Source: an uncultured Acidobacteriota bacterium
Lineage (GTDB): Bacteria > Acidobacteriota > Vicinamibacteria > Vicinamibacterales > 2-12-FULL-66-21
DNA length: 64,000 bases
Direction of reading: 5' to 3'
Assembly (NCBI GenBank): GCA_963749835.1
Contig: CAVVOD010000004.1
Coordinates: 361,061 to 425,060, forward strand
In this document: positions 27,518 to 37,358 of the stretch, piece after piece
Position numbering within the stretch: the stretch's first letter is position 1
Layout of the letters: every line of letters starts with the position of its first letter
The notes under the pieces: model-generated
The model's input: the letters and a program-made list of their open reading frames with translations, nothing else
Told to the model about the DNA's origin: nothing
Database searches by the model: none
Position numbers and translations under genes: made by a program

Positions 27518-28249
27518 CTACATGCGCGGCTCCTTCTGGACGGCAACGCCCTTGATTATGACAGGCTCCACCGGCACATCGTCCATGCCTGCCGTCGACC
27601 GCGTCGGAACGGCGGCAATCCGGTCCACGACGTCCATGCCTGAGAGGACACGCCCGAAGACCGCGTACCCGAACTCGTCTGGAGCATAGCCTGTATGATC
27701 CAGCCGCCGATTATCGACGACGTTGATGTAGAACTGCGCGGTGGCGCTTCTGAGCGCCGCCAGTCGCGCCATCCCGACTGTCCCCCGGGCGTTCCGCAGC
27801 CCGTTGGTCGCTTCGTTCTGAATCGGCGGCCGCGTCGGTTTCTCGGCGAGCGACTCCGTGAATCCCCCTCCCTGAATCATGAACCCCGCCTTGACGCGAT
27901 GGAAGACCGTGTCCGCGTAGAACCCCTCGGTCGCGTATTGCAGGAAGTTCTCGACCGACACCGGTGCAAGCCCCTTGAACAGCTCGATTGTGATGTCGCC
28001 GAAGGAGGTGGAGACGGTGACCACGGGATTGCCGGGGGCGGGCGTCGGCGCGGGTGCCTGCAGCGGGGGGGCCTGAACGGCCTGATTGGGGTCTCGCGGG
28101 TCCGGCCGGTTCGGCGCCGAGGCCTGTCGAACGTCAGCCTCGACAACCGCTCCGCGTAAGACATTTACGGAACCCGGGAGCATTGGACTCCAACCGGCTG
28201 CGACAGAAAGAATGGCGATGAGCAGCCATAATCGATGGGAGGTCCGCAT
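27518..28249 (-). CDS. secreted peptidylprolyl isomerase (cyclophilin type)
   Basis: 243 aa with a signal peptide. ..FHRVKAGFMIQGGGF.., ..GTVGMAR.., ..YAVFGRVLSGMDVVDRI. Confidence 0.9.
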   Translation of the reverse strand: MRTSHRLWLLIAILSVAAGWSPMLPGSVNVLRGAVVEADVRQASAPNRPDPRDPNQAVQAPPLQAPAPTPAPGNPVVTVSTSFGDITIELFKGLAPVSVENFLQYATEGFYADTVFHRVKAGFMIQGGGFTESLAEKPTRPPIQNEATNGLRNARGTVGMARLAALRSATAQFYINVVDNRRLDHTGYAPDEFGYAVFGRVLSGMDVVDRIAAVPTRSTAGMDDVPVEPVIIKGVAVQKEPRM

Positions 28250-28399
28250 ACAACTCCATGGCGCGGGGATTCAACCCGATGGATCCGGCATGTTAGGCTG
28301 TCGCTGCGCCGCACGTCAATCCGGGCCTGAATTCAATCCCGGTCACGGCACGCAAATCGCATCATCACATGCGCATTCTCGCGCAGGGGGAGAACCGGC

Positions 28400-28744
28400 A
28401 TGGTCACAGACCTCCAGACCGAACAACGCGAGCTGGCCGATTTCATCAGGGCCGGGTCCTCGCGCGGGCCGCAGTGCTTCGGCAGTTACTTCGACGAGCA
28501 GGGGGGCTCGTGCGCCCTCGGGGCGGTTTACGAAGGCGTCTACCACCTGCCGCGCCAGCATGGAAAGTTGATCCCGGACCATCTCGAACGGCTGTTCCGT
28601 TGCCTGGATGAGATGACCAAGAAGTGCCCCGTGGGCTGCCCCAAGCGATTGCCCCTGGCCTCGATGATCGTGCATCTCAACGACGATCACCGGATGTCCC
28701 GCGAGGAAATCGCCGAGTGGCTCACCCAGGAATCCAGCGGTTAA
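28400..28744 (+). CDS. hypothetical small cysteine-containing protein (114 aa)
   Basis: Has protein-like composition, unlike the antisense ORFs. GGGGGAG lies about 8 nt upstream of the ATG. Features ..GGSCALGAVYEG.. and ..IVHLNDDHRMSREEIAEWL... No family recognised. Confidence 0.6.
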   Translation: MVTDLQTEQRELADFIRAGSSRGPQCFGSYFDEQGGSCALGAVYEGVYHLPRQHGKLIPDHLERLFRCLDEMTKKCPVGCPKRLPLASMIVHLNDDHRMSREEIAEWLTQESSG

Positions 28745-28847
28745 CGAAGTCGGAATCGTCGGTGGCCGGCAGGACCGTCTCGACGTCCTCGATGGACGCT
28801 CGGGAAACGGGAACGGCCAGATGCGGTTCGCGACTGCAGGGCTCGCG

Positions 28848-31836
28848 ATGTCTTTTCTAGACCGATTCAAGCCACAGCCGCGATGGAAGCATGCGGATGC
28901 CGCGATCCGGGCCGCGTCGATCCCTGAGGTGCCGGACGACGAGGAACACCGGGACGTCATTGCCGATCTGGCGCGTACCGACGAGGACGTGCGTGTCCGT
29001 CGCGCAGCCGTCGCGTATCTGTCGGACGCCGGAGTGCTGGCGACCCTCGCCCGCTCGGAAGTGGATGCCGATCTGCGCCGGGAGATCACCGACCGCCTCG
29101 TCGCGATTGCGACAGGGCCGTCGGACACGGACGCCTCCGCCGCACAGGCGCTCGAAGGACTCGACGATCCCAGGCAATTCGCGACGATTGCCAAATCCTC
29201 TCCCCACGACACGATCCGTGCGGCCGCGCTCGGCCGCGTGCACGAGCAGAAGATGCTCGGCAGCGTCGCACGTCACGCCGGCGACCCCCAAACGGCTCTC
29301 GACGCGGTAGCCCGCGTCAGCGAGGGGCCGGAACTGCTGAACATCGCCCTCAAGACCGATCACCGGGACGCCGGGCTTGCCGCGCTCGAGAAGTGCCTCG
29401 GGGACAGCGAAATGGACGAGGCCGCGGCTCGCGGCACGCTCGAAACCGTGCTGGCGAAGGCGAAGAACAAGGCGGTCTCGAAGCGCGCCCGCGCGATGTT
29501 GCAGGCGATGCAGGACGCGGAAATGGCCCGGCGAATGGCGATGGAACAATGGCAGCAGCGCGTCGCGTCGATCGTGGCACGCGTGGAGGCGATTGCGGCG
29601 AACCCGGCCCTGCCGAATGCGGCACGCGAGATCGGGGATGCCGAGGCTGAATGGAGCCAGGTGACGGCAAGCGCGACGTTCGAGCTCGATCCCGACACCG
29701 CCGGGCGCTTCGGCGCACTGGTCGAGACCGCGAGAACGGGGATCGCGGCGCATGAACGCGCCGAGGCCGAGCAGCGCGCCGCCGCGGAGCACGCCGCCGC
29801 CCTGCGCGCGGTGCGCGTGTCGCTCTGCGAACGGCTCGAGCATGCCGCGGCGGAGGCCGCGCTCGATGAGCTCGCCGCGGCGCGCGCCGAGTGGGAAGGC
29901 CTGCCGGAGCCGTCGGAGGACGCTGCGGATCAGCAGCTGCACTCGCGCTTCCTCGAGGCGTCGCGGCTGGCCGTCGAGCGCCATGACAATCATCTGAACG
30001 GCGCGCGCACCAATGCGCGGCTGGAGGAGTTGTCGCTCGAAGCGGAGCGGCTCTCCGCCGAAGATCAGGTACTCGGACGAAGCCTGGACCGCCGTGCAGA
30101 GTGAATGGGCGTCGCTGCAATCGAAGTGCGACGTCGTCGATCCGTCGACTGCCGAGCGCTACGCGTCGGCCGACGCGCGGGTCCGGCTCCGGGCCGAAGA
30201 AGGCCGGGCCGCAGCGGAGCGCACGCTCCGCCAGCAGGTCCAGCGCATCGAGCAGCTGATCGAGCGCGCCACGGCGCGGGCGGCGGCAGAAGATGTGACG
30301 CTCCGGGAGGCGGAACGCATCGCGCGCGAGCTCCGCGCGGCGATTGACGCGCCGCACCTCCCGGGCCGCGAACAGCAGGCCCTTATCGAGCGCCTCAAGG
30401 CCGCGCAGGGCGTGATTGCCCCGAAGGTCCACGAGCTTCGGGAGCTGGACGAGTGGAAGCGGTTCGGGAACGCAGCCGTCCAGGAAGAGCTCATCGCCAG
30501 GACCGAGGCGCTTCGCGCGAAGTACGGGTTCGACACGCCAGAGGGAGTGAAGCCGGAGGAGCTCGACAACGTGGCTCGCGAGCTCCATGAGGTCCAGGAG
30601 CGATGGAAGCAGGCGGCTGAAGCGCCGCGCGCCCAGGCGCAGGCCCTGTGGCATCGCTACCGTCAGGCCGCGGATCCGATCCAGGTCAAGGTCCGGGAGT
30701 TCTTTGCGCAGCGCGTGGAAGAGCGCAAGGGCAATCTCGCGCGGAAGATCGCGTTGATCGAGCGCGCCGAAGCGCTTGCGCCGTCGACCGACTGGATCAA
30801 GACCGCAGACGAGTTGAAAAAGCTCCAGGCCGAGTGGCAGGAAGTCGGCCCGGTGCCCAGGCAGGACACCCGCGCCACGTGGAAACGATTCCGTGAGGCG
30901 TGCGACGCCTTCTTCACGCGGCGGAACGAGGATCTCGCCCTGCGGAAGGCCACATGGGCGGCCAACCAGGCGCGCAAGGAGGCCCTCTGCGCGCGCGCCG
31001 AGGAGCTCGCAGCGTCCACCGAGTGGGACCGCGCCGCCATGGAGATTCGGCGCCTTCAGGCCGAATGGAAGAATGTCGGACCCGTGCGGCGCACGAAGTC
31101 CGAAGCGTTGTGGCAGCGGTTCCGCCTGGCATGCGACACGTTCTTCGACCGCTACAAGCGCCGGGATGAGATCGAGCTCGAGGTGCGGCAGGCCGATCGC
31201 GAAGCGCTCGTCACCGAGCTCGAGGCGCTGGTGTCCGCAGGCCGGAGCGACCAGTCGGAGCTGAGCATCCCCGAGGTCATGGGCGACATCGCGCCGCCGG
31301 CGCCGTCTCCCTTCGACAATGCGGCCCTCCTGGAGCGCGTTCGCTCGCTCCGCAACCGCTGGAACCAGTCGGCGGCCGCGGTACGCCAGGGGGCGGATCC
31401 ATTGAGCGCGCGCTTCATGGGAGCCCTCGAACGGTTGATTGCCGCCTATCCCGAGGCCTTCCGCGGCACCGAGCTCGACACGGATGCGAACCGCCGGAAG
31501 ATGGAGAAGCTCTGCGAGAAGGTCGAAGGCTTCCTCAAGGATGCCGCGGCCGCGCCCACGTCATCGCAGTCGCTCGCGGCGATGCTGCGCGAGGCGCTCG
31601 CGTCCAACACGATCGGCGGGCGGGCGGGAGAAGAGACCAAGTGGCGGGCGATGGCGGAGGAAGTACGCAACGCGCAGGCGGCGTGGACGCGCCTTGGGCC
31701 GGCGCCGGACGAAACCGGGCGTCAGCTGGGCGAGCGGTTCCACCGGGCCTGCAGCCGCTTCTTCGAGCAGTTCCGTCGCCATGTTCCGCAGAACGCCCCG
31801 CAGGTGCAGCGCGGAAGACCCGTCGGCGCGCGCTGA
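28848..31836 (+). pseudogene. DUF349 repeat protein, interrupted by a single 1-nt insertion (or sequencing error) at ~30069
   Basis: The track ORFs 28821..30104 and 30013..31836 join as ..LSLEAERLSAEDQ|YSDEAWTAVQSEWASLQ.. if one G in gatcagGtactcg is removed. Multiple DUF349 repeats are present (..W..VG.V.R....LW.RFR.ACD.FF.R..). The preferred start is MSFLDRFKPQ at 28848. Confidence 0.85.
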
Positions 31837-31871
31837 ACCCTTCAGACCCCAGCTGTCCGATTCCGGACACT

Positions 31872-31902
31872 GGGGTCAGACCCCGGTCGTCCGATTACAC
31901 AC
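31872..31902. repeat. third copy of the 31-nt GGGGTCAGACCCC-containing repeat
   Basis: ggggtcagaccccggtcgtccgattacacac. It lies in the 77-nt spacer between the convergent DUF349 and amidohydrolase genes. Confidence 0.8.
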
Positions 31903-31913
31903 TCTGACGGCGC

Positions 31914-33605
31914 TCAGCGCCGGTAGAGAATCTTCCCACCCACGATCGTGTACGCGACCTGCGCGGTACGGATCTGATCCTCCGGAACTGTCAGGATGTT
32001 TTTCGACAGGACCGTCATGTCCGCGAGCTTTCCGATCGCCAGCGACCCGCGCGTATCTTCCTGGAACGCCGCATACGCGCCATTGAGCGTGTAGGACTTC
32101 AGCGCTTCCATCCGGCTCATACGCTGGTCGGGATAAAACACCGTCCCCGCTTTCGTCTTCCGCGTGACGCTCGCGTAGTAGTTCGCAATCGGGTCGACAT
32201 CCTCGACGGGCGCGTCGGTGCCGTTCGCGACGACGGCCCCGCTCTTCATCAGTTTCTGCCAGACATACGCCCCCTCCTCCGCCCGCTTCGGCCCGAGCCG
32301 CTCCAGCACATATGGGGCGTCGGACGTGGCGTGGATGCCCTGCATCGAGGCGATCACGCCGAGCTGCCCGAAGCGTGGAATATCCTCTGGACTCAGGTGC
32401 TGTGCGTGCTCGACACGCCAGCGCACGTTCCGCTTCGAGGGGTTCGCCTTGAAGGCCCGCTCGAAGAGATTCAGCGTCTCGCGATTCGCGCGATCGCCGA
32501 TGGCGTGCACGCACAGCTGGTAGTCGTTGAGCAGCGCCAGGTGCGCGGTTTCGTCGATCGCTTCGATCGGCGTGGTGTTGAGCCCGACGCTGTCTGGCTT
32601 GTCGCTGTACGGCTCCAGCAGCCAGGCGCCGCGCGAGCCCAGTGCGCCGTCCATGACGCGCTTGATCGCCCGGACAGTCAGATGTCCCTCCCCATAGTCG
32701 ATCATCCGGTACTGCTTCAGCTTTTCCGCGAGCAACGCGTTGCGATCGCTGACCATCACCCAGAGCCTGACGCCGATGCGCCGTTCGTCGATCATCGCCT
32801 CCATCAGATCGATCGTCGCAAACGACGAACCTGCATCCTGGAATGAGGTCACTCCCTTCGACAGCACCTCCGCCGATGCGAGCTCCAGTCCTTTGCGGGC
32901 GCGAGCCGTGTCACGCCCGGTCATGCGGACCAGTCCTGCCGCGGTCTCGCGCAGGAGTCCGGTCGGCTCCCCGCTTCCATCCTTGAGGATCTCCCCGCCC
33001 GGCGGGTTGCGCGTCGCGCGTGTGATGCCAGAGATCGCCATCGCTTTCGCATTCACGAACGTCGCATGGCCGCTCGCATGCGTCAGCACGACAGGATTGT
33101 CCGGCGACACGGCGTCCAGCGAGGCGTGCGTCGGAAATCCTTCGACGGCGGGATCCGGACGCCTCGTCCACTTGTCCTGGTGCCATCCCCTTCCGACAAT
33201 CCACTCTCCGGGCTTTGACGTTTTGACCGCCGCCGCCACCTGCGCGACGATCTCGTCCCAGCTGGTCGTCTCCATCAGTTTCAGCTGCAGCTGCGCCTCT
33301 CCCACTCCTGAGAAGTGACCATGACTCTCGATGAAGCCGGGGATGACCAGCTGCCCGTGCAGGTCGATGACCTGAGTGGCCGGACCCGCGTATTTCCTGA
33401 GGTCCGCGCTGGTGCCAAGCGCAATGATCTTGTCGCCACGGACCGCAACGGCTTCGGCCTGCGGCGTCTGCTCGTCCACGGTGACGACCGTGGCATTCGT
33501 GAGCAGAAGATCCGCCGGCGCCGGCTGCTGCCGCGCCTGCGTGGCCACGACGAGAAGCGCAGCAGTGCCGAGCGAGAGGACCGACAGTCTGGATGTGAAA
33601 CGCAC
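31914..33605 (-). CDS. secreted amidohydrolase family protein (Amidohydro_3 / YtcJ-like metal-dependent hydrolase)
   Basis: The track ORF extends to 33881. I prefer the GTG at ~33605 (AGGAG 9 nt upstream; VRFTSRLSVLSLGTAALLVVATQA signal peptide). Motifs: ..VIPGFIESHGHF.., ..LCVHAIGD.., ..NGTDAPVE. Confidence 0.85.
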   Translation of the reverse strand: MRFTSRLSVLSLGTAALLVVATQARQQPAPADLLLTNATVVTVDEQTPQAEAVAVRGDKIIALGTSADLRKYAGPATQVIDLHGQLVIPGFIESHGHFSGVGEAQLQLKLMETTSWDEIVAQVAAAVKTSKPGEWIVGRGWHQDKWTRRPDPAVEGFPTHASLDAVSPDNPVVLTHASGHATFVNAKAMAISGITRATRNPPGGEILKDGSGEPTGLLRETAAGLVRMTGRDTARARKGLELASAEVLSKGVTSFQDAGSSFATIDLMEAMIDERRIGVRLWVMVSDRNALLAEKLKQYRMIDYGEGHLTVRAIKRVMDGALGSRGAWLLEPYSDKPDSVGLNTTPIEAIDETAHLALLNDYQLCVHAIGDRANRETLNLFERAFKANPSKRNVRWRVEHAQHLSPEDIPRFGQLGVIASMQGIHATSDAPYVLERLGPKRAEEGAYVWQKLMKSGAVVANGTDAPVEDVDPIANYYASVTRKTKAGTVFYPDQRMSRMEALKSYTLNGAYAAFQEDTRGSLAIGKLADMTVLSKNILTVPEDQIRTAQVAYTIVGGKILYRR

Positions 33606-33648
33606 GAGAAGAGACTCCTGTTTCGATGATGTCTGGGAGATGCCCGGC

Positions 33649-33692
33649 CGCCGTAGCTCGCACCGATCAGCGAACGGAGGCGAGCGAATCCC
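33649..33692. repeat. short repeat module: CGCCGTAGCTCGC (reverse of GCGAGCTACGGCG) plus GAATCCC x2
   Basis: ccgccgtagctcgcaccgatcagcgaacggaggcgagcgaatcccgaatcccg, read directly. Confidence 0.7.
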
Positions 33693-33702
33693 GAATCCCG
33701 TC

Positions 33703-34599
33703 CTAACGGAACAATCGGTCGAAATTGTCGCCGAAGATGAGCGCCCTGTCGGCGTCGGCGAGACCCGCTGCGCGCACCGCAGCATCCTGCGCCGCATACA
33801 CAGGCTCCAGCCATCCCCGTGGGAAGAACGACGAGTCCGTCCCGAAGACGACGCGCTCGGCTCCGACGACGGCGACGGCATGCTGGAACACGGCTTCGAG
33901 CGTCAGGCCCGGATGGTATTTCAACCACCGGTTCGAGCTGGAGGTATCCAGGTGGATGTTCGGGCACTGGTCCGCCGCCATGAGCACTTCGCGGAAGAGC
34001 CCCGCGCCGAAGTGCGGCACGATGACGGGGACATTCGGGAACCGTGCGGCGGTCGCGGCCAGCGCGAGCGGATCGCCCAGGCGCATGTCGAACGGCGAGA
34101 GCAGGCCCAGCTTCTTCCTGATACCCACGCTCAGCACGCCGCAGTGCGCGAACACCACCGCGCCGCCGGCCTGCGCCGCGGCAAAGACATCCCGCACGCG
34201 CTCGTCGTCCAGCCGGTACCCGTGCATCGCGGGGAAGAGGCAGACTCCGCTGAGGCCCTGCTCGCCGAGGACGCGCGACAGCCGGGTCCGCACATCTCCC
34301 TGCAGAGGGTTGAACATGAAGAAGCCGATGAACCTCGTGGGGTGCCTGCGGACGGCGGCGAAGACCGACTCTTCGTCGCCGGCGATGCTTCCAATCAGAG
34401 CGACCTTCGAAACGTTGTGCCTGTCCAGTTCGGCGACCCAGCGGTCAGCCAGCTCCTCGATTGTGCCCGGATCGTTCCATCCCACGCGGTGCGATACTGC
34501 GGTTGCGCGGCCGGTGTCCGGCAAGTCGCGAATGCCCTGAGTCAGCAGTTCGAGGAACCGGGACGAGAACAAGTGGCAATGAACGTCGCACAGGCGCAT
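33703..34599 (-). CDS. amidohydrolase family protein (Amidohydro_2 / TIM-barrel metal-dependent hydrolase)
   Basis: I prefer the start MRLCDVHCHLF (34599), which carries the HxH metal motif. ..VVFAHCG.. and ..VFGTDSSFFPRGW.. Confidence 0.8.
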   Translation of the reverse strand: MRLCDVHCHLFSSRFLELLTQGIRDLPDTGRATAVSHRVGWNDPGTIEELADRWVAELDRHNVSKVALIGSIAGDEESVFAAVRRHPTRFIGFFMFNPLQGDVRTRLSRVLGEQGLSGVCLFPAMHGYRLDDERVRDVFAAAQAGGAVVFAHCGVLSVGIRKKLGLLSPFDMRLGDPLALAATAARFPNVPVIVPHFGAGLFREVLMAADQCPNIHLDTSSSNRWLKYHPGLTLEAVFQHAVAVVGAERVVFGTDSSFFPRGWLEPVYAAQDAAVRAAGLADADRALIFGDNFDRLFR

Positions 34600-35076
34600 G
34601 GTGACGAGGTCATCATAATCGGGCTCGTCTCGGATACACACGGCCTTGTGCGTCCGGGCATCTTCGAGGCGCTGAACGGCGTCTCGCGGATCCTGCACGC
34701 AGGAGACGTGGGCGGCCGGTCAGTCCTGGACGAGCTGCAGGTGATTGCGCCCGTCCTCGCGGTCTACGGCAACGTCGATCCGCCGGGTCCGCCCCTCGAC
34801 GCGCAGCACATCGTCCGGGCCGGCGGTCTCACCGTTCATGTCTCGCACGGCCATGAGCTGGGGAGTCCGACCCCCGAGAAGCTGCTCGAGGCCTACTCGG
34901 CTGACGTCCTCGTCTACGGGCATACGCACAAGGCGCTCGTGCACCGCGCAGAGGGCCGGCTCGTGGTCAATCCAGGCGCCGCCGGGCCGCGACGGTTCAA
35001 CCTCATGCCGTCCATCGCAAGGTTGACGATTGCTGGTGGACGGGCGGATGTCGAGATCGTCGAGCTCCGCACGTAG
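34579..35076 (+). CDS. metallophosphoesterase (YfcE / MJ0936 family)
   Basis: C-terminal part of track ORF 33376..35076. ..IIIGLVSDTHG.., ..HAGDVG.., ..VYGNVD.., ..VSHGHE.., ..VYGHTH.. give the full phosphoesterase motif set. The start (ATG 34579) is uncertain and overlaps the divergent gene by about 20 nt. Confidence 0.8.
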   Translation: MNVAQAHGDEVIIIGLVSDTHGLVRPGIFEALNGVSRILHAGDVGGRSVLDELQVIAPVLAVYGNVDPPGPPLDAQHIVRAGGLTVHVSHGHELGSPTPEKLLEAYSADVLVYGHTHKALVHRAEGRLVVNPGAAGPRRFNLMPSIARLTIAGGRADVEIVELRT

Positions 35077-35204
35077 CGAGGCTCGAACTGCGAGCGAGTA
35101 ATGGTCTCGCTTTCGAACGACGTTCAGGACTCGCCTCCAAAAGAATCGTCAACAGGAGACCACGAGGTCAGGAGGAGTTGTGTGAAAAGGGTGGAGGAAA
35201 AGAT

Positions 35205-35555
35205 CCACCACGGAGTCACTGAGAGCACGGAGACGCACGGAGAGGCCCGGATGGCTTCGGGCGTTGTCTCAGAAATCAGCGTTCAGGCTTTGTTGCCGGA
35301 GTCCCGTTGGGAGGGTCGCGCGAAGCGCGGCCCGACCACCTCGATCTGGGACGGGTGGTCGGCCGCGCTTCGCGCGGTAGACCGGTAGGGGATCACTCAC
35401 ACACCAACTCGATAAGAGGGCATGCGCGAGCTTGTGTATGAGTGATCCCCTGCCGGTTCTGCGCCGGCCAAGGCCGGCGCCCGACCACCGACCAACAGCG
35501 GCAAGCCAGCCCGTTCCCTCCGTGCGCTCCGTGTCCCCGTGGTGATCTTCGTGAT
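35205..35555. mobile_element. MITE-like multi-hairpin element, copy D2 (central hairpin 35388-35450)
   Basis: Left end is ccaccacggagtcactgagagcacggagacgcacggagagg and right end ccctccgtgcgctccgtgtccccgtggtg, so the termini are inverted. Internal pairs: gcgaagcgcggcccgaccacc / gggtggtcggccgcgcttcgc and gcgccggccaaggccggcgc. Track ORF 35101..35388 is not protein-like. Confidence 0.65.
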
Positions 35556-35585
35556 CGCTCGTCTTTGCCGGTTTTGAGACGCCCC

Positions 35586-36740
35586 CTACTTTCCCCGCTT
35601 TCCGAAGCGTCGATCGGCCAGGAGAAAATACGGGAGTGCGAGGGCGGAAAGCGTTGCGGCGGCGCCGAACGCGCTTCGAAAACCGTAGTGCTGAATCATC
35701 CAGCCGATGCTCGTCGAGCCAGTGCCGACACCGGTATCGAACGCGGCGAGAATCGCCCCAAATGCGGCGCCCCGCCGGGCGGCGGTGACTTCACTCATCA
35801 CGTAGCCGACATAGACTGGGTATGCCGTACCGAAGCCGATTCCGAAAAACACCGCTGACGCAATCAGCAGCGGGCGCGTGCCGCCGATCGCGAGGCAACC
35901 CAGACCGACGGTGATGAGCACAAGGCACGGCAGGAACACCCGCCGGTATCCAAGTCGATCCCCCAGACGTCCGGCCATCGGCCGCGTGAGCAGCACGACA
36001 ATCGCCAGCGTCGTCAGGTAGATGGCCTGTGGCCTGACGTGATTGGCCTCCGCGTACATGGCCGTAAAGCTCGTGATGCCGCCGTACCCGAACGAATAGA
36101 GAAACAGCGTCCCCGAGATGATGAGGACGCGCCATTCGAGCACACTCTCCCGCGGGCCGGACGCGGGCCTCGGCGCGGGAGGGGTCGCGTGAAGCTGCGA
36201 CGCGATGATCGCCATCGTGATGTTCAGCGCCGCGGATACTCCGCAGAGCCACCACCAGCCGTGCCGGTAAATCCAGAACCCCAACGACGGTGCGACCGCC
36301 AGCGCGGCGACAGTTGACAGGCCCCAGTAGCCGATACCCTCGGCGCGCCGGCGCTCGGGGAGCATGTTCGTCATGTACGCCGCGGACGCCGAGAGCAGCC
36401 CGGACCAGAAGATGCCGTGGACGATGACGAGCGCGAACATCCATCGATAGTCCGTCAGCACTCCGTACAGAATCGAAAACACCGTAATCGCGATGCTGGA
36501 CGTGAGGAGCACTCGCCGCTGACCGACGCGGTCGGCGATGGCCCCCGTGAGCGGCGCGGACAACGCCGAGGAGTACGTCAGGAATCCGAGGAACAGACCC
36601 GACGCGAACGTGGATCCGCCGAGATCGCGGATGTGAAAAGGGGCGGTCGGCAGCAGCTGGAACAGCGAAAGAAACACCGTGAAGCTGAACCCGCACATCA
36701 CGAAGAAACGGGGTGTGAAGAGGCGATCGGGCGCGGACAT
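35586..36740 (-). CDS. MFS transporter
   Basis: 384 aa, about 12 hydrophobic helices. ..GAIADRVGQRRVLL.. and ..GRLGDRLGYRRVFL.. are MFS motif A in both halves. Confidence 0.88.
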   Translation of the reverse strand: MSAPDRLFTPRFFVMCGFSFTVFLSLFQLLPTAPFHIRDLGGSTFASGLFLGFLTYSSALSAPLTGAIADRVGQRRVLLTSSIAITVFSILYGVLTDYRWMFALVIVHGIFWSGLLSASAAYMTNMLPERRRAEGIGYWGLSTVAALAVAPSLGFWIYRHGWWWLCGVSAALNITMAIIASQLHATPPAPRPASGPRESVLEWRVLIISGTLFLYSFGYGGITSFTAMYAEANHVRPQAIYLTTLAIVVLLTRPMAGRLGDRLGYRRVFLPCLVLITVGLGCLAIGGTRPLLIASAVFFGIGFGTAYPVYVGYVMSEVTAARRGAAFGAILAAFDTGVGTGSTSIGWMIQHYGFRSAFGAAATLSALALPYFLLADRRFGKRGK

Positions 36741-36847
36741 CGGCCTCTCACTCTATCATTCGCACCTTGCGCCTCGTCCTCTGGCCCTTGGGCGGAGATC
36801 ACTCGAAGGCATGAGAAGGGCGGCAGAACTTACGTTAAGATCGACGC

Positions 36848-37342
36848 ATGACGCAGGATTTCACCGAGTTCAGACCCTCGAAGTTGTGGAAGCAGATGTC
36901 CTCCGAACGGCGGGTGGCCGCCGCGGAGCTCTTCTGGTCGGACGAGCAGTCGACCGAGCAGCAGCTCGAGGCAGTTGCCGCGCTCGCGTCGCACATGAAG
37001 TTCCGCGCGAAGAGCGTGATCGGATTGCCGCTGGAGAAGAAGGCGAAGTACCTGTCGACGCTGCCCGTCATCTCGGACGCCGTCGCGGCACGCGCGCTCG
37101 TGAACTACCACCTCGAACGCCAGCGTCCCATGATGGGCGCCTTTCTCGACAGCCTCGGCATCATCCACGAAGACGGGCTCATCAGCGAAGAGAACACCAC
37201 CAAGCCAGAGCCCGACAAGCTCCGCGCGGCCGCCGAGGAACTGGCGACCCAGTACCCGCAGCCTGACGTGTCGCTCTATCTCAGCACGCTGGTGTCGCAG
37301 GATCCCGAGACGTGGGGCAGCCTGGCAGAATCCATTCGCTGA
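36848..37342 (+). CDS. hypothetical protein (164 aa)
   Basis: Balanced, protein-like composition. It ends 17 nt before the next same-strand gene, so probably the same operon. No family recognised. Confidence 0.6.
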   Translation: MTQDFTEFRPSKLWKQMSSERRVAAAELFWSDEQSTEQQLEAVAALASHMKFRAKSVIGLPLEKKAKYLSTLPVISDAVAARALVNYHLERQRPMMGAFLDSLGIIHEDGLISEENTTKPEPDKLRAAAEELATQYPQPDVSLYLSTLVSQDPETWGSLAESIR

Positions 37343-37358
37343 TCGGCCGCGACCCCCC

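Noticed and set aside
35101-35388. Small ORFs inside the MITE-like elements (35101..35388, 11805..12155, 11858..12373, 38251..38439) as genes
   Set aside because: They lie across inverted repeats and hairpins, have repeat-derived low-complexity translations (HGGTKTRSPDGG.., TESTETHGEAR..), and differ between element copies.
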